Below are positions 39,850-53,336 of a DNA stretch of 64,000 nt, one piece after another; within the stretch, counting starts at the first letter, position 1, and each line of letters starts with the position of its first letter. A program made the translations under genes and the position numbers. The notes under the pieces are model-generated. The model was not told the DNA's origin and did no database searches. It saw only the letters and a list, made by a program, of their open reading frames with translations. The DNA lies in assembly GCA_012295275.1 (NCBI GenBank), contig CM022672.1:7006001-7070000 (forward strand), written 5' to 3'. This stretch comes from Chrysomallon squamiferum (taxonomy: Eukaryota; Animalia; Mollusca).

Positions 39850-41749
39850 CGAAAATAATTTTTCGCATTAGTTATGTTGTCGTCGTCCACATTGTGAAAT
39901 TAATTTCCGTTTAGTATGTAAACAGTAAATTCACTTTTAATGAATGTTAGAAGAGTTAATGAGATGGGTGGTGTTGCATACCATGAAGCAGCGATTCAAT
40001 GTCAGCGGAAAAGAAATGCGGAACGTATCATTTAATTCATCATTGCATTGCGTATCTACCAACTCTATATGCAAGGAAGCTGTTTAATCAGCCACTGGGA
40101 ATTCAAAAGGGGTGCTAAACAATTTGAAATGTGCAGATGGTGATCGGATACCTCCCAAAACGGGAGACAAATTCTTTCCGCAGTGAGGTGATGACTGCAG
40201 CACAAGTCTTCAAGACGATATCAAGAAATGAACAAGCAGCAAGACGAGTAAAATGCTGAAATTGACCATTAGACAACAGGGATTCCCACAAGCGTAGTTT
40301 CACTTCAAATGCTGTGAGTACATACATCAGCTTGCAAACTGACACTGACAATTTTGAGGTGTGTGGTGATATGCGTGAGAAAAGCCAAGCGGGAAAGCCA
40401 TTTTTAGTCTGTAAAATTATCAGCATAAGGGAGGTTCTTCTGATGATGAAAGGTGAAAATTACTTGTTGCAAGTCTCCTACACGAGACAGCGTGGCTCCA
40501 CGACTCAGCCAGCGCACTTCAGAAAAGTAGGTCAGGTCTCCGTGGTGCGCATTGACTTCGTATATCAGTACATACCAGGAACTGGCGATATTTCAGACTG
40601 TGAGAAAGTTCGGAATTGACAACCTTCACTACAGTTGACATGACAAAGAGTTCAGACTTGGCGCACACAGATTCTTGGTGGATGATGCAGTGCAGTTTAT
40701 GGATGGTCTGATTGTGTCCAAGAGCCTCACAATGGCGAACGAGCAAAGAAGCCGCACCTTTATTCTCTCCGATCATTGCCGGTGTCCCATCAGTTTCCAC
40801 ACTTAGAAGACAGGAGAGATCAAGAGATTGATGCTCCACACACTGAAGTAAGGCACTGATCATGTCTTTTCCACTGGTGGTGTCATGTAGTGGATCAGTC
40901 TCCAAGAACTCTTCTCAATCACCTCGAGGGCAGAAGTGACACCACGTATGAAAATAGCCAGTTTGGCTGTGTCTTTCATATCAGTGCTCTCGTCAACAGC
41001 AAAAGAGAAGGCGACAAAGGTTGAGTACTTACTCTTTAATGAGTCTTACAAAATGTCTGACATCTTCTCAACTCAGCGACCAATAGTACGAGACGACAGA
41101 CTCATATTTTCCATGACTGAACGTTGTTCTGGGCAGACAGAATTCACCACAGTCATGAGACATTCCTTGACAGAGTCTTCATCAGGAAATGGCTTCATCC
41201 TTTGAGCAGGGAGTAGTGAAACTTCGTAACTGCCCCGTGCCACTTTTTCATGCTGAGATATCTGTTTACGAAACATCAACGTGCCCTTTTCGAAATTGTC
41301 TGACAGTTTTGCGATGGTATCCTTTTTCTCCGTCCACTTAGAGTTGAATATTCGACTTTCCATATCCACTTTTCTCCGTTTTAAATGCGAGGTTGCGGAC
41401 ATGACTGACTGGGGGAAAATGATAGACAGTAAAAAGTAAAAATGCAAAACCCAGTTCTGTTCGTGACAGCAAGAAGTTAGCGTTGTTCAATTCGGCAGCG
41501 TGTGTAAATGAGACATCGTTATAGTTTGCATATTTTCAACTGAGTGAAGCAGGCAGCCATTAAAAATTCGGATGCGGGCACTACTGATTCGACGAGCACC
41601 TTCTAGACGCCTATTTTAATCCTGAAGGCGACTTGAATAAAAAAAATAGCTACGTCAACTGATTTATTTCATTCACTTTTATTTTGCCGGATGGCAATGT
41701 TGATTGTGAACACTTTGGCGGGAAAGCCAGTAAAGTTGGCCCGCCACTG
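39850..41749 (-). mobile_element. Degenerate hAT transposon (Charlie/Buster/SPIN, GTF2IRD2-like transposase)
   Basis: Fragments KRRKVDMESRIFNSKWT, FSFAVDESTDMKDTAKLAIFIRGV, TDGTPAMIG, HCIIHQE and AFEVKLRLW. Terminus CAGTGGCGGGCCAAC (minus strand) abuts GTCTAGAT, matching the NTCTAGAN Charlie target. Other end not found. Confidence 0.9.
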
Positions 41750-42041
41750 GTCTAGATAAATAAATAAATAAATAAATAAATAAAGGGAAATAACTGCCCT
41801 TTAAAATATTTATTTCTGTGAAAGGTAAATAAAATTTAATATACTTCTTGATTTCGTAAATTGCCCCACTTTCTATGTGTCACTCAGGTGTGTGTGAATG
41901 TGTGTGTGTGTGTGTGTGTGTTCGTATAAGAGCGCTTCTGAAATTTGAATTTACCGCCCCAAATTCGATAATTATGTTGATTTCCGGAATTGGGAGTTAT
42001 CGGTCTTTAGTCGATCAAAGTCCAATACCAGACTTTTCCTT

Positions 42042-42057
42042 GTTTCAGTTTCGTTTT
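42042..42057 (+). promoter_or_regulatory. ISRE/IRF element in the promoter of the PARP14-like gene
   Basis: GTTTCAGTTTCGTTTT (three tandem GAAA-like half sites) about 65 bp before donor CAG|GTAACT (42123/42124) of a candidate 5'UTR exon. Confidence 0.6.
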
Positions 42058-42816
42058 ACTCGATGTGTTCATTCTGTTGGAAGAAATCGGTTTTCATCAA
42101 GATCTTTCAAAGAACAGAGACAGGTAACTAGTTTTGTTCCCGAACTGTAATTATTAAATTCAAAAAAGAATTAGAAATTTATATGCTTCTCGTGAAAGTG
42201 TTTTGGTCAGACTGAAGAAATCTGCTTGTGAAGACGAAGCTAATCAAATTTCCATTAAACAGCAGTATTTTGTTTAAAAATTATCATTTTCAATAACGTC
42301 TGTCATTAATTATTTTCAACTTGTTATCATTTATTTATTTATTTATTAAATTTGGAATAGCAGTTTAAAATATTACTACAGGTTATGTCAAACTGCATTC
42401 ACATACAGTATTTAACAATGTTATTAATGTATTGAAGGCAAAATATAAACACATGTAATAATACTTTATTGTTTATGTAGACTAATCTTGGCTGATGAAT
42501 GGGTATTTTTTCCCCATAGCACTTTGTTTATATTTTTTCTCTCTCCCTCTTTTTTGTTTGTTTGTTAACTTGTTATTTTCTAGATTTGTGTTTCTTTTGT
42601 AATACTAAATGATATAGACTGTTTATCACAAAGTCTCTCTTGGACTTCTTTATCCTGCTTCCGAAAAACCATTTTTATTATTATACAAAAAGCAGTATAT
42701 GTTGAAAAATGACAATAATGAACATTTTTGAAACAAGCAGCAAGTCTTCTCGGCACAACAGATTAACAAATTAAAATGTTTATTTTATATGTTTACATCC
42801 CTATTTTTAGGTTGTC

Positions 42817-45800
42817 ATGATGAGCAAGTGGGATGTAATGTTGTTTTCAGAGTACAGTATTTATTGTTTATATTCATTCCAACATAAAATTACAGCACAT
42901 TATCTACATAATTGTGCTTGGTTTCAGCATATGATGGAATGTTTTGTGAAGCACAGAAATACAGAGTTATTTTATAGTGAACACAAGACCATCGAGGTCC
43001 GAGGTTTCCCAGCAGAAACAAGTGATGACACACTTAAATGTTATTTTGAAAATCCTAGGAAAGGTGGAGGAGAAATTGCAGACTTCCTCAGGCTTGATGA
43101 TGATAAAGTTGCCTACATCACCTTCAGCAATGCTCAGGGTAAATAAGTATTACTGTCTTTTACTATATGTACTTCAGTTATATATATTGGTTGTTTTTGT
43201 CTGTGTACTGGTAAACAAATAACCAGCAGGACTTTTTTCTGCCAAACTCTATATGATAATAAACTTACATTGATTATAAAGAAATAGATTATAAACTCTT
43301 TAATTGTTTCTTCACTATTTTATTGTGACTGAAGTAACATTATTATTTCTTTTAATTTTGAAATGTATTATATCATTTTCATTGTTCTTCAGTTGCCAAA
43401 AATATTGTTGGACAAGCTCACAAGATTAATAATGTTGGACTTCAAGTACAGCTTATCAACCAACCTGCTAAAGAAAAACCTGTCCTGAACAATGACAGGT
43501 TATTAATTAGTGGTATTAATGAATCTACTACAAAAGATTGTTTGGTAAATTATCTGGAAACCAGAAGTCAGTGTGACATTGCTGATAACAACATTGTGTT
43601 TGGAGACAAGAAGGGACATGCAGTTGTCATATTTGATCAAATTCCAGGTGAACTTTCTGTTGTTACATATTCAGTATAATGTGCTGAGAGTTTTTTCTTC
43701 ATTAGTATGTTGTGTCTTATTCCTTTATCTTTTCCTTTTTTTATTTTTACCCAATTGTACTTTTCTCAGAGTACTTGAGTGAAAATACTAGAAATCTATC
43801 AACAGAGATAGGAATGTATTTGACAGCTTTGTGAAAAATGAAAACTGACTGAAAATATTTTTGCTTTTTAAAACATAAGTATTTCTGTTTGATTAAATGA
43901 TATATAGCTTTCCCATTTTGTGAGTAAAACATTTTAATTTGTATTTCTTTATGATTAAGTACAACGTTACTGTTTCTCACTACTTGTTGTTCAAATCAAA
44001 TATAAATGTTTATATAATGTTAAAGAATCCTCTAGCTGGTCTGTTGATGTGAGTTCAGTAACTTTGTGAACGTCAGAAATTCTCATATTTCAGTGAAATT
44101 CTTTCCATGATACAGGTCATCATAGGTTGATATTATGTGTCAAAAGCTGCATGATTCGTGTTTGTAATAACATAGTAACTTGGCTCAAGATTGAGCTGGA
44201 TAGGTAATTATTGACTGATGAAAAAAAGAATTAAGAATTAAAATTAAAAATCTAAGAATGTGGATTGGCTAAATAAGTAAAGTTTGGTATCTCAGAAAAA
44301 AGAAAGAAGAATGATGATGATAATAATGCTTACACACATGTACACATGCTAATATGTAAGTTGAAAGATTTTCAGAGATAGTACATTTTAAAAATTTGGT
44401 CAGACTGATAGTGATGATACATGTGCTGGAAGATATAATGTATTGAAAATCTGAATGACCAATGTTGTAGAAGAGAAAGTTTACAATGAATGACCCAATT
44501 GTAGCTGTGGTTTTTGATAATTATTATTTCTTCTGTTATTATTAATTTTATAATCATTATTTTGTAAATCAAAGTGGTACACTACATTGCTTTTTGCCTT
44601 CTTCAGACGTGGAGAAACTACAAGAAAAATGTGCTAAAAAGTCACTAGAAGGATTCCAGATTGGAGTAAATCCTGTGATGATTGTGCGAGGTCTAAGTGA
44701 GAACACTGATGAAGAGACGCTGTGTAACTATTTTCAAGGGAAACGTTCGGGGAATGTGGCAGGTGCTGAGGTTGACAAAGTGAAGATGATGTTTGATGAA
44801 GGTTACTGCCTTGTGTATTTCAAAGACTATTCAGGTAAAATCATTCAATTCACTGAAAGACCATAGTTTCAGTTGCATATCTTAACTTATGATAAGCATT
44901 TTCTATTTGTTGTTATATGCAAATTGCATCTGAAATATTTTAATTCATATCTGAAATGACACGTACTGTCTTTCCAGTAACTGAACAGATCCTGAGTGTG
45001 GATAAAGATAAAGGTCACAGGCTTAACGATGCTCATCTCGATGTTTCTGTTTTCTACGAATGTCTCTTTGTTAAACATGATGATGACAAGTCATTTACGA
45101 GACCAGCTCCACTGGTGATTAAGAATCTTGATAAATACAAAGTGAATTTTTTTGAAGAATCAAAATTATCAAAACAACTACTTGAGAAAGACCTTGAACT
45201 TTGCCATGCAGATTTGTGCTGGTCAGATGGAGATGACACTTCTGTTATGCTAAAATGTATCCTAACAGACAAGATCAAAGACGCTCATCTGCTTTCACAA
45301 AACTGGGCTGATAATGCAGAGAAAACTCTAGAGAAACACTTCAGTTCTCTGCTAGTTGAAACTATTTCTGTTTCACAAGAGATGATGGATGAATTGGTAA
45401 AAAATCTTGATACATCCCGAACTGAAGATGTCAGAATGTTTGTTTTGAAAGAACTTTCAACAATAGTTGTTGTTGGACACTCAGACCCTGCTCTAAAATT
45501 AGCTGAACAACTGAAATTCACAATTAAAAATACAGAAGATGCATATCAAAGCAAAAAACAAATTAAAGAAATTATTCGTGATCTCAGTATAATTGAGTTA
45601 CAACTACTCCAGGTCAGTGGTTTTCCTCAAAAGATAATGAACACATTTTCTTCACTGACTGTTGACATCTGCACTGAAAAAAGTGAAATATCATTTAATG
45701 GAACACAAGTGGATATTCTTAAAGCTGTTGCTGATATGTACAAAGCATTTAAGGATATAAAAACATCCACAATAAGCAGTTTCTCTGACAACCAATTGCA

Positions 45801-47442
45801 ACTGCTCCAGAAGAAAACTGTCCATGAATACATTGAAAAGAAAATATTTGGAAAAAATCTAGTTGGGGTATGGGAGCTGTCTGATGGTCAGGTTTCAGTG
45901 TTTACATTCAGTGATGCTGATGAACTTGCAAGGCTGATTAAGGAATCAGTAGTTGAGAAGAGTCTGGACCTGGAAGCTGAAGCTGTTACTCTGCTATCAT
46001 TAGACAGATGGGAGGTCTTTACAACAGAACTGTCAGAGTAACACGACGTAGAAATCCTTCACAAACATGATGAAGACACTATTACTGTTACCTCCACAGA
46101 GAATGGAATTGAGGTTGTAATTGACAAAATACATCAGTTCATTTCAGACAATGCTCTATTCAGTCAAACTCTCAAGTTTGACTTGGGAATTCAGCACTTC
46201 ATTCAGCAGTTTTGTCACACTGAAATAAATGAGATAATGTCAGACTTGAAAGGTCTGCTGGTACAAACTCTCAAGTTTGACTTGTTCATTCAGCAGTTTT
46301 GTCACACTGAAATAAATGAGATAATGTCAGACTTGAAAGGTCTGCTGGTACAAACTCTCAAGTCTGACTTGGGAATTCAGCACTTCATTCAGCAGTTTTG
46401 TCACACTGAAATAAATGAGATAATGTCAGACTTGAAAGGTCTGCTGGTACAAACTCTCAAGTCTGACTTGGGAATTCAGCACTTCATTCAGCAGTTTTGT
46501 CACACTGAAATAAATGAGATAATGTCAGACTTGAAAGGTATGCTGTCTCAAGTTTGACTTGGGAATTCAGCACTTCATTCAGCAGTTTTGTCACACTGAA
46601 ATAAATGAGATAATCAAACAAATACTACAAAGAAACAGGAATAAGTTCAGCAGTGAAAAGTGTGTTTTGGCCAATACAACTGAAAGCTGTGCAGTGAAAA
46701 ACTGTGTGATTTGGCAGTCAAACAGTACAGCAGTGAAAAGACTGTGTGATTTGGCAAGTACAGTCAAACAGCTACAAAGAAGGGAATAAGTTCAGCAGTG
46801 AAAAGACTGTGTGATTTGGCCAGTACAGTCAAACAGAAAAATCATACACACAAAATGCCAGGAGTAACAAAAGTTCTCCAGTCACAGAGAGGAATTCAGT
46901 TTATTGCTGGTCTTGAACAAAGAGAAAGGTGCATTATTCAAGTAAAATGCAACAGCAGTATAAACATATCTGAAGAAAATCCTCAAATTATATGTTTGAC
47001 AACTTCCACAAGTACAGATGCTAGAGGTAATGTTCTTTTGTCTGAAATACATTATAATTATATTATTATTATTATTATTATTATTATTAAAAGAAAAAAA
47101 AAGAACTGAACTTGCAAAATAATATAAATTTTCTTCTAGTTTACAGTTTAATGCAATTTCACATTTTAAAAGTTAATAAACAAATAATAATTTAAAAAAT
47201 CTCTTTATAGTATCTTTATTTATATTTTTCTGAACATTTTTATTCTTGTTGTTTGTTGTTCTTTAATGTAATTTACATATGGCTAATTTCTTAATGTCAG
47301 AAAATATTATTTTCTTGTTAAATTTCTTTCACTCCAAACAGTGATAGATTTTTCTATAAATGTTTTTACTGTAGAAATGCAGGAGTTGTCTGATGTGGCT
47401 GGTATAAAGCAGCTTGATTTTCAACATGAGAAGACAGTAGAG
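42817..47442 (+). pseudogene. PARP14/PARP10-like N-terminus (3 RRM + KH-like array), disrupted; remainder lost at the gap
   Basis: Exons 42979-43138 (TIEVRGFP..LKCYFENPRKGGGEI..AYITF), 43393-43647 (LLISGINESTTKDCLVNYLE..AVVIF), 44607-44834 (IVRGLSENTDEETLCNYFQGKRSG), 44978-47026 (large exon with TAA at 46039-46041, repeats and frameshifts), possibly 47375-47442. No macro or ART domain is seen, so the PARP14 call rests on the RRMs. Confidence 0.7.
46165..46614 (+). repeat. 99-bp (33-aa) coding tandem repeat, ~4.6 copies
   Basis: QTLKxDLGIQHFIQQFCHTEINEIMSDLKGLLV repeated. Unit starts at 46165, 46264, 46351 and 46450. Confidence 0.9.
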
Positions 47443-47683
47443 GTATGGATTCTGCTTACTTTTTAAATGTGTTAATCTTTTATAGTTGTCTACTTTCAAA
47501 CTGTGATGTTTTTCTAAATTATTTAGGTTCATTTGTTTCAGTTTTTAATTGTGTCCAAGCAGAACGAGTTTCTGTCTCACTCACTAATGAAAGACAAAAC
47601 CATAAACAGACAACAAATATTAAAAACAAAATAATTGTTTGTCATATTTTATATCTAGAAAAAAAAACAGGTTTATGTATTAT

Positions 47684-47883
47684 NNNNNNNNNNNNNNNNN
47701 NNNNNNNNNNNNNNNNNNNNNNNNNNNNNNNNNNNNNNNNNNNNNNNNNNNNNNNNNNNNNNNNNNNNNNNNNNNNNNNNNNNNNNNNNNNNNNNNNNNN
47801 NNNNNNNNNNNNNNNNNNNNNNNNNNNNNNNNNNNNNNNNNNNNNNNNNNNNNNNNNNNNNNNNNNNNNNNNNNNNNNNNNNN
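47684..47883. other. Assembly gap (200 N)
   Basis: Run of N. Confidence 1.
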
Positions 47884-49912
47884 TTATTTTATCATACATA
47901 TTCAGTCAGTTCAAATATAAATCTTTGGAAATTTAGATATAAAAACTTTGATTGTTAAAATAAAGATAAGAATGAAGCTAAAAGGCAAAATACAGTTACA
48001 CTTAAATATAATTACCAGAATTATATACCTTAATTGCTTCAGTCTTATCTTAATGACATTCAAAACTATTATCTCTATAGATACAAAATGTTTAGTGAAC
48101 TTTAAAAAAAAAAAATGCATCTGTGAAAAATCTAATAGTAACACTAAAAATATTGAATCTGAAAATAGTATAAATTAATTTTTTAAATATTATTAGGGAA
48201 GCATATTAATTTGAGTTCTTGCTTATTGGTTTTCCAAATTAACACACCTACATCAGTAATTGGATTTAAAACGTAAAACTAAAGTTGATTTTATGTTGCA
48301 GTGTTATTAACACAGGGTTACTAATTTTTGTCATGTTGAATTTTTAGGAGATCGTCAGAGTCAGGTCATCGACATCAGCAGACACAGAAGTCTCAACCTA
48401 AAGGTAAAATAACTGATTATTTTAATGAAAAACATTTTTAAAATTGAAATCATTTCTTTAAGTTTTCTCTTTTTTCTTTATGAGACTTATTTTATTCTAA
48501 GCAAAACCATAAAACTATTAATTATTATTATCTTTATCTCTGAATGGCCAGGTATGTATCAAACACAGATATTAAAAACTGCGTAATTTTTATTAGAGTT
48601 TGTTTATTCAACTAGATTAAGTCTTCGATTCATTAGAATTCCATATTTTACAATTAGGAAAGAACAAATTCTTAAATATTACTGTTGATGTTCCAGTAAA
48701 CAAAATTATGGATAAAAACACAGATCAGTTCCAGTCAGCACAGAGCAGTGTGGGTCAGTCTACCAGTGTTTACACTAACCAAGTTGCTAAAATTACCAAA
48801 GGGATTGTATTTTTTACTTATCTAGTAAAATAAATAATGGGTTCCTTTTCAAATCACGTTATTAAATTGTTGCTGTTGTCTGTCAGAATGTGTCAATGCA
48901 TATTTGATTTGCTGGATTGGAACAAAGTTCATAGCATTTAGACCATTTCATCAGTCAGAAAGATACCATGTTCTTGGAGGATGAAGTCATGAAGCTGTCT
49001 CAAAGATAGAGGAACAATATACCACATGGTTAAATAAATCTCTGAACAAATATCTAAATATTGTCTTTGAATTTCACTTCAAACTAAAATGAATTTTTGT
49101 TGTAACCCATAGGTTAATTTGTATAGGATGTTTTAATTTTTATTTAATTTTTAAAAAAGGAACAGCATATTATTATTGTTGTTCTTGTTGTTTACTGATT
49201 TTCATAATTAACACTCCTACTTCACTGAGTGGATTAAAAAAAAACACGATTAATTATTATTATCACTGGGTTATTATCATTTGTCATGTTAAATTTTTAG
49301 GAGACCATCAGAGTCTGGTTATGGACGTCGAAATACACAGATGTTTCAGCCTAATGGTAAAACAACTGATTATGTTACATAAAAACATATTTTTAAATCT
49401 GTAATCAGTCCTTAAAGTTTTCTCTTTTTTGACTTTCGGAGACTTATTTTATTTTAAGCAAAACCATGAAAAAAATTAATGATATTTATTACTGTCTTTG
49501 TCAAGTTATTCATGAAACACAGATGTTAAAGAATGTGTTGTTTTTAATACAGTTTGTGTAGTCAATTAGATTAAGTCTCAAATTCATTAGAATTGCATAT
49601 TTTAGAGAGAAGGACCCATTGCTGTGCCTAGTGTTTGTCACCACAGTTGGACAGCTTCCCTATCACTATTTATTTCGTGCTGTAGATTCTGCTTACTATG
49701 GTTAACAATTAACTGCAGCAGAATTGTTACTGATGCTTGTAATTTGTTCATTCCTGTTAAATAAGAAAATCTGTAATTGTTCAGTGTGAAACGATAAATG
49801 ATTTGAAAATAATTTTTATCTGTTTCATCACACCTCTTTTCTTCCTTTTATTTATTAGCATTTTATTGACATTTGTTCATTAGATTCAGATAAATGCATT
49901 GAATCCGTGTGA
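47884..49912 (+). pseudogene. Scrambled relic (copy B) of the DTX-like gene
   Basis: X/Y module copies (~48347, ~48690, ~49301), joined to a decayed macrodomain fragment (49610-49704, homologous to ~25878-25975), then to sequence homologous to ~21145-21380. Confidence 0.7.
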
Positions 49913-50283
49913 TACCGGACCATCCTGGGAGACCTGTTCATCCCCTGAATCTGCTGTAGCCCTTAGTAGCCCTGGCTGTTTGTAAACTGTAAACAAGACA
50001 CTGTTATTTCACTCACAGGTTTGAAAAGCCTTTTCTGATGAAGCTCTAAACAATTAATTGTGTATATTTGATAGTGCTATTTCATCATCTTCTGTATACT
50101 GTTTGTTTAATTAAAAAAATCAGATATTCAGAACTACCTCTGAATATGTGAAAAATAATTGTTCGGTCTAAGTGTATATAGACAGATAGATTGATAAACA
50201 GTAAAATTATTTTTATATATTTATTCATTAGTTTTGGGGGAAATCATTATTTAGAAACGATTTTGTTATATCCAGTTTTTAGA

Positions 50284-50343
<60 letters not shown>

Positions 50344-50604
50344 TTGAACAATCGTTAGATACCAAACTGTAGCAAAATATTTAGTAAAACATCAGCTGAG
50401 AAATGTTGATTTAAAACTGCAACAGTTCATGATTATCAAAATGTTATATTAAAATTATAGTTACTTTTTATTCTTGTTAGGGAAATATACAGGTAGACCT
50501 TTAGTGGTTTGAAAAGCAATGTAAAATTCCACTTACGTTGTGTTTCAAACGTCTTATTGACCCAAATTAATGAAAACGCAGAAAAAAGTTAAATTAATAA
50601 AATC

Positions 50605-50616
50605 GAAAGTGAAACT
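50605..50616 (+). promoter_or_regulatory. Canonical ISRE/IRF motif
   Basis: GAAAGTGAAACT. GAS-like TTCTAGGAA (50659-50667), TTCTTAGAA (50705-50713) and TTCAAGGAA (51264-51272) follow. Confidence 0.55.
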
Positions 50617-53301
50617 TTCCGTCTTCTCTTCCTGGTAAATGTCTGAGTAATCATCGTTTTCTAGGAAAAGAGGTTTTTAATTGGATAAAAACAATTCACG
50701 TGATTTCTTAGAAATTCTACTGACATTTAGGCGTATGTTCCATGTACAAGCAACTTTCTGTACCAGTCAATATATGAAAAGAGTTAGACGAGTGTTTTTC
50801 GTAAATTTTGTGTAGAGATTATTTTAATAATTAAATATCAAAACACAACATGCACATCTGATAAACAGACAAGCAAGCTTCATACTTACTGTCTTGAAAT
50901 ATTAAAATAAAGATTTATTAATGTTAGTTTTTTTGTTTTAAAATGTAAAATATCTGATATCATTTATTATCTATTCTATAATTATTATAATAAAAAGTAT
51001 AAAAACATCAGTAATGCAGTATTATCCTTTATTAATTGACAGTATTAATAACAATAACACAGACATGATTTCGAAAGTATAATTTTATTCCTTCGTAATG
51101 ATTAACAATTCAACCTGTCGTAAAAGAACTTTACGCCGTTCTGTGAATTTATATATTTCAAGTTATCGGCCTTGAAGCGTTAATCGGCAGCCGCTTATAC
51201 GGTATACAGTTGACGGATTATTCGGGCTTACTGGAAGCTGTTTATCAGTCGAATGATCATTATTTCAAGGAAAAACAACTTTCGGTTTTAATTTCCGCTC
51301 TGCTTTGTATCTAGAGAAATATTCATCGTTATACTCTTCTAAAAATTACTTTTCAACCAACAGGTAAACAAATATTTTAAATAATTATTACATTATAGTA
51401 ATAATTGATTTCATGTTTTGGTGGGGACGTGCGAAAACTTTTAAGAGCCAAAACAGTCCAAAGTCTTTTGGCTATACCTTGTATTTATAATCACACCCAT
51501 AATTCAAATATTTCCTTATAAACAGTTTTCAGTTTACAAATCACCTACAGAGTGAGAAAGAAAATTATAATCTGAACACCAGAGAGAATGTGTAATGAAC
51601 TTGGACATGGTGCATTTTATCCCATGACGGATATTAAGACATGCCAATCTGAAACGTAAATTTGTACTTAAAGTTTATTGTTTTACAGTAAAACTTGGAG
51701 GAAAAATGTGACCTCCAAATCAAGTTTTTATACTTCTGTTATAATAACATTATTCATATTATTTAACAAACAAAAAAACATGAAATAATAACGGTAGGTT
51801 TGTTTGTTTGTTTTTAACAACCCTGTTAAGTAGCAATTAATTACCTAAATTAAATATTAATGTATTTTACATTTAGTCGTAAATTTAATATAAATTCATT
51901 CAGTTATTAAATGTTCTTGAAAAGGTAAAATTTTATAAATAGTTACCTTTAGTTTTATTAATATCTTTAATGAGAAAAAACTTATTTTTTATTTACTTTT
52001 TTAATGAGCTAATATTTTTGGATATACTTTTAAGAAAAATATCATATTCAGAGACCTCAGTTAGGTGGGAGTTAGCATTTAAAATTCTGCTTTGGATATT
52101 TATGTTTGATTTTTTGTATAACTCATATATACTTCTGTTTATATTGTACAGTGTAAACATACACTGTCCAACATAAACAGAAATAACAAATTTATTGTCT
52201 GTTTAATACTTTTCAAAATAAAACATTGTAAAAACAAAAGTACCACAAATAACACATGATTTGAGAACATTTTGTTTTGCTTCCATATGATAATAATTTA
52301 CACAATAGAAAATTATTAAAACAGTATGAACTACTAATCATACAAAATTTGAGATAATTGTCTTCTCATTGGTATGCAAAGGTAGTTTCAAAAATTCTTT
52401 GAAGCATATTTATTATATATTACTACTTTGTTTTTTGAAAACAGCTTTCTGCTTAAAAGCATTGATTATGGAACATGGAAATTATTATCAAAACTTAATT
52501 TGGGTGTTTTCTACTTAATTTTCCCAAATAATACCTATTTTATAATTAGAAAAAGAAAAAGAAAACAACAAGTTTTGGATTTTCAAATATAAGCATGTAA
52601 CTAGAGAAAAGAATTTAAGTCAACACAGATTTCATATATAGCTTATACGTACTGCAGGATTTTCTTATATTAGATATTTTTATAAATTTTCTTCAATTTT
52701 CTCCTTACAAAACATTTCATAAAATGGATTCTTATTTATTACAGAAAATCTACAGTCTGGTCATGGAATCAACAGCCACAGATGTCTCAGCCTAATGGTA
52801 AAATAACTGATAATTTTAGACACAAACATATTTTTAAATCTGATCCTTCTTTACTTATTTTATTCTAAGCAAAACCATAAAAATATCAATTATATTTATT
52901 GCTATCTGTATGTCCAGTTACATATCAAATGTCGTTATTAAAAAATGTGTTATTTTTAATAGTTTGAGTACATATCTTAGAATTTGAAAAAAACAAATGT
53001 TTAAATATTACTGTAGATGCTTCACTATACAAGAATATGGATACAAACACAGATCAGTCCCTTTCAGTACAGAGCAGTGTGAGTCATTCTATCAGAGTTG
53101 ACGACACAAAACAAGATGATGAAAATACTAACATGTTTGCATCTTTTGTTTACATCATTAAATTGTTGCTGTTGTCTGTCAGAATGCGGAAATACTTATT
53201 TTATTTACTGGGCTGGAACAAAGTTCATAGCATTTAGACCTCGTCATTACCCAGAAAGAGACCATGTTCTTGGAGGAAGAAATCACAAAACTGTCCCAAA
53301 G

Positions 53302-53336
<35 letters not shown>

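Noticed and set aside
40936-41205. Plus-strand ORFs over the hAT relic, and minus-strand ORFs over DTX/PARP exons
   Set aside because: Antisense shadows of real coding sequence.
42817-47442. Assigning gene symbols PARP14 (here) or DTX3L (copies A and C)
   Set aside because: Family likeness only; no ART domain is visible and orthology is untested.
47445-47936. ORFs spanning poly-X
   Set aside because: Artefacts of translating through the N gap.
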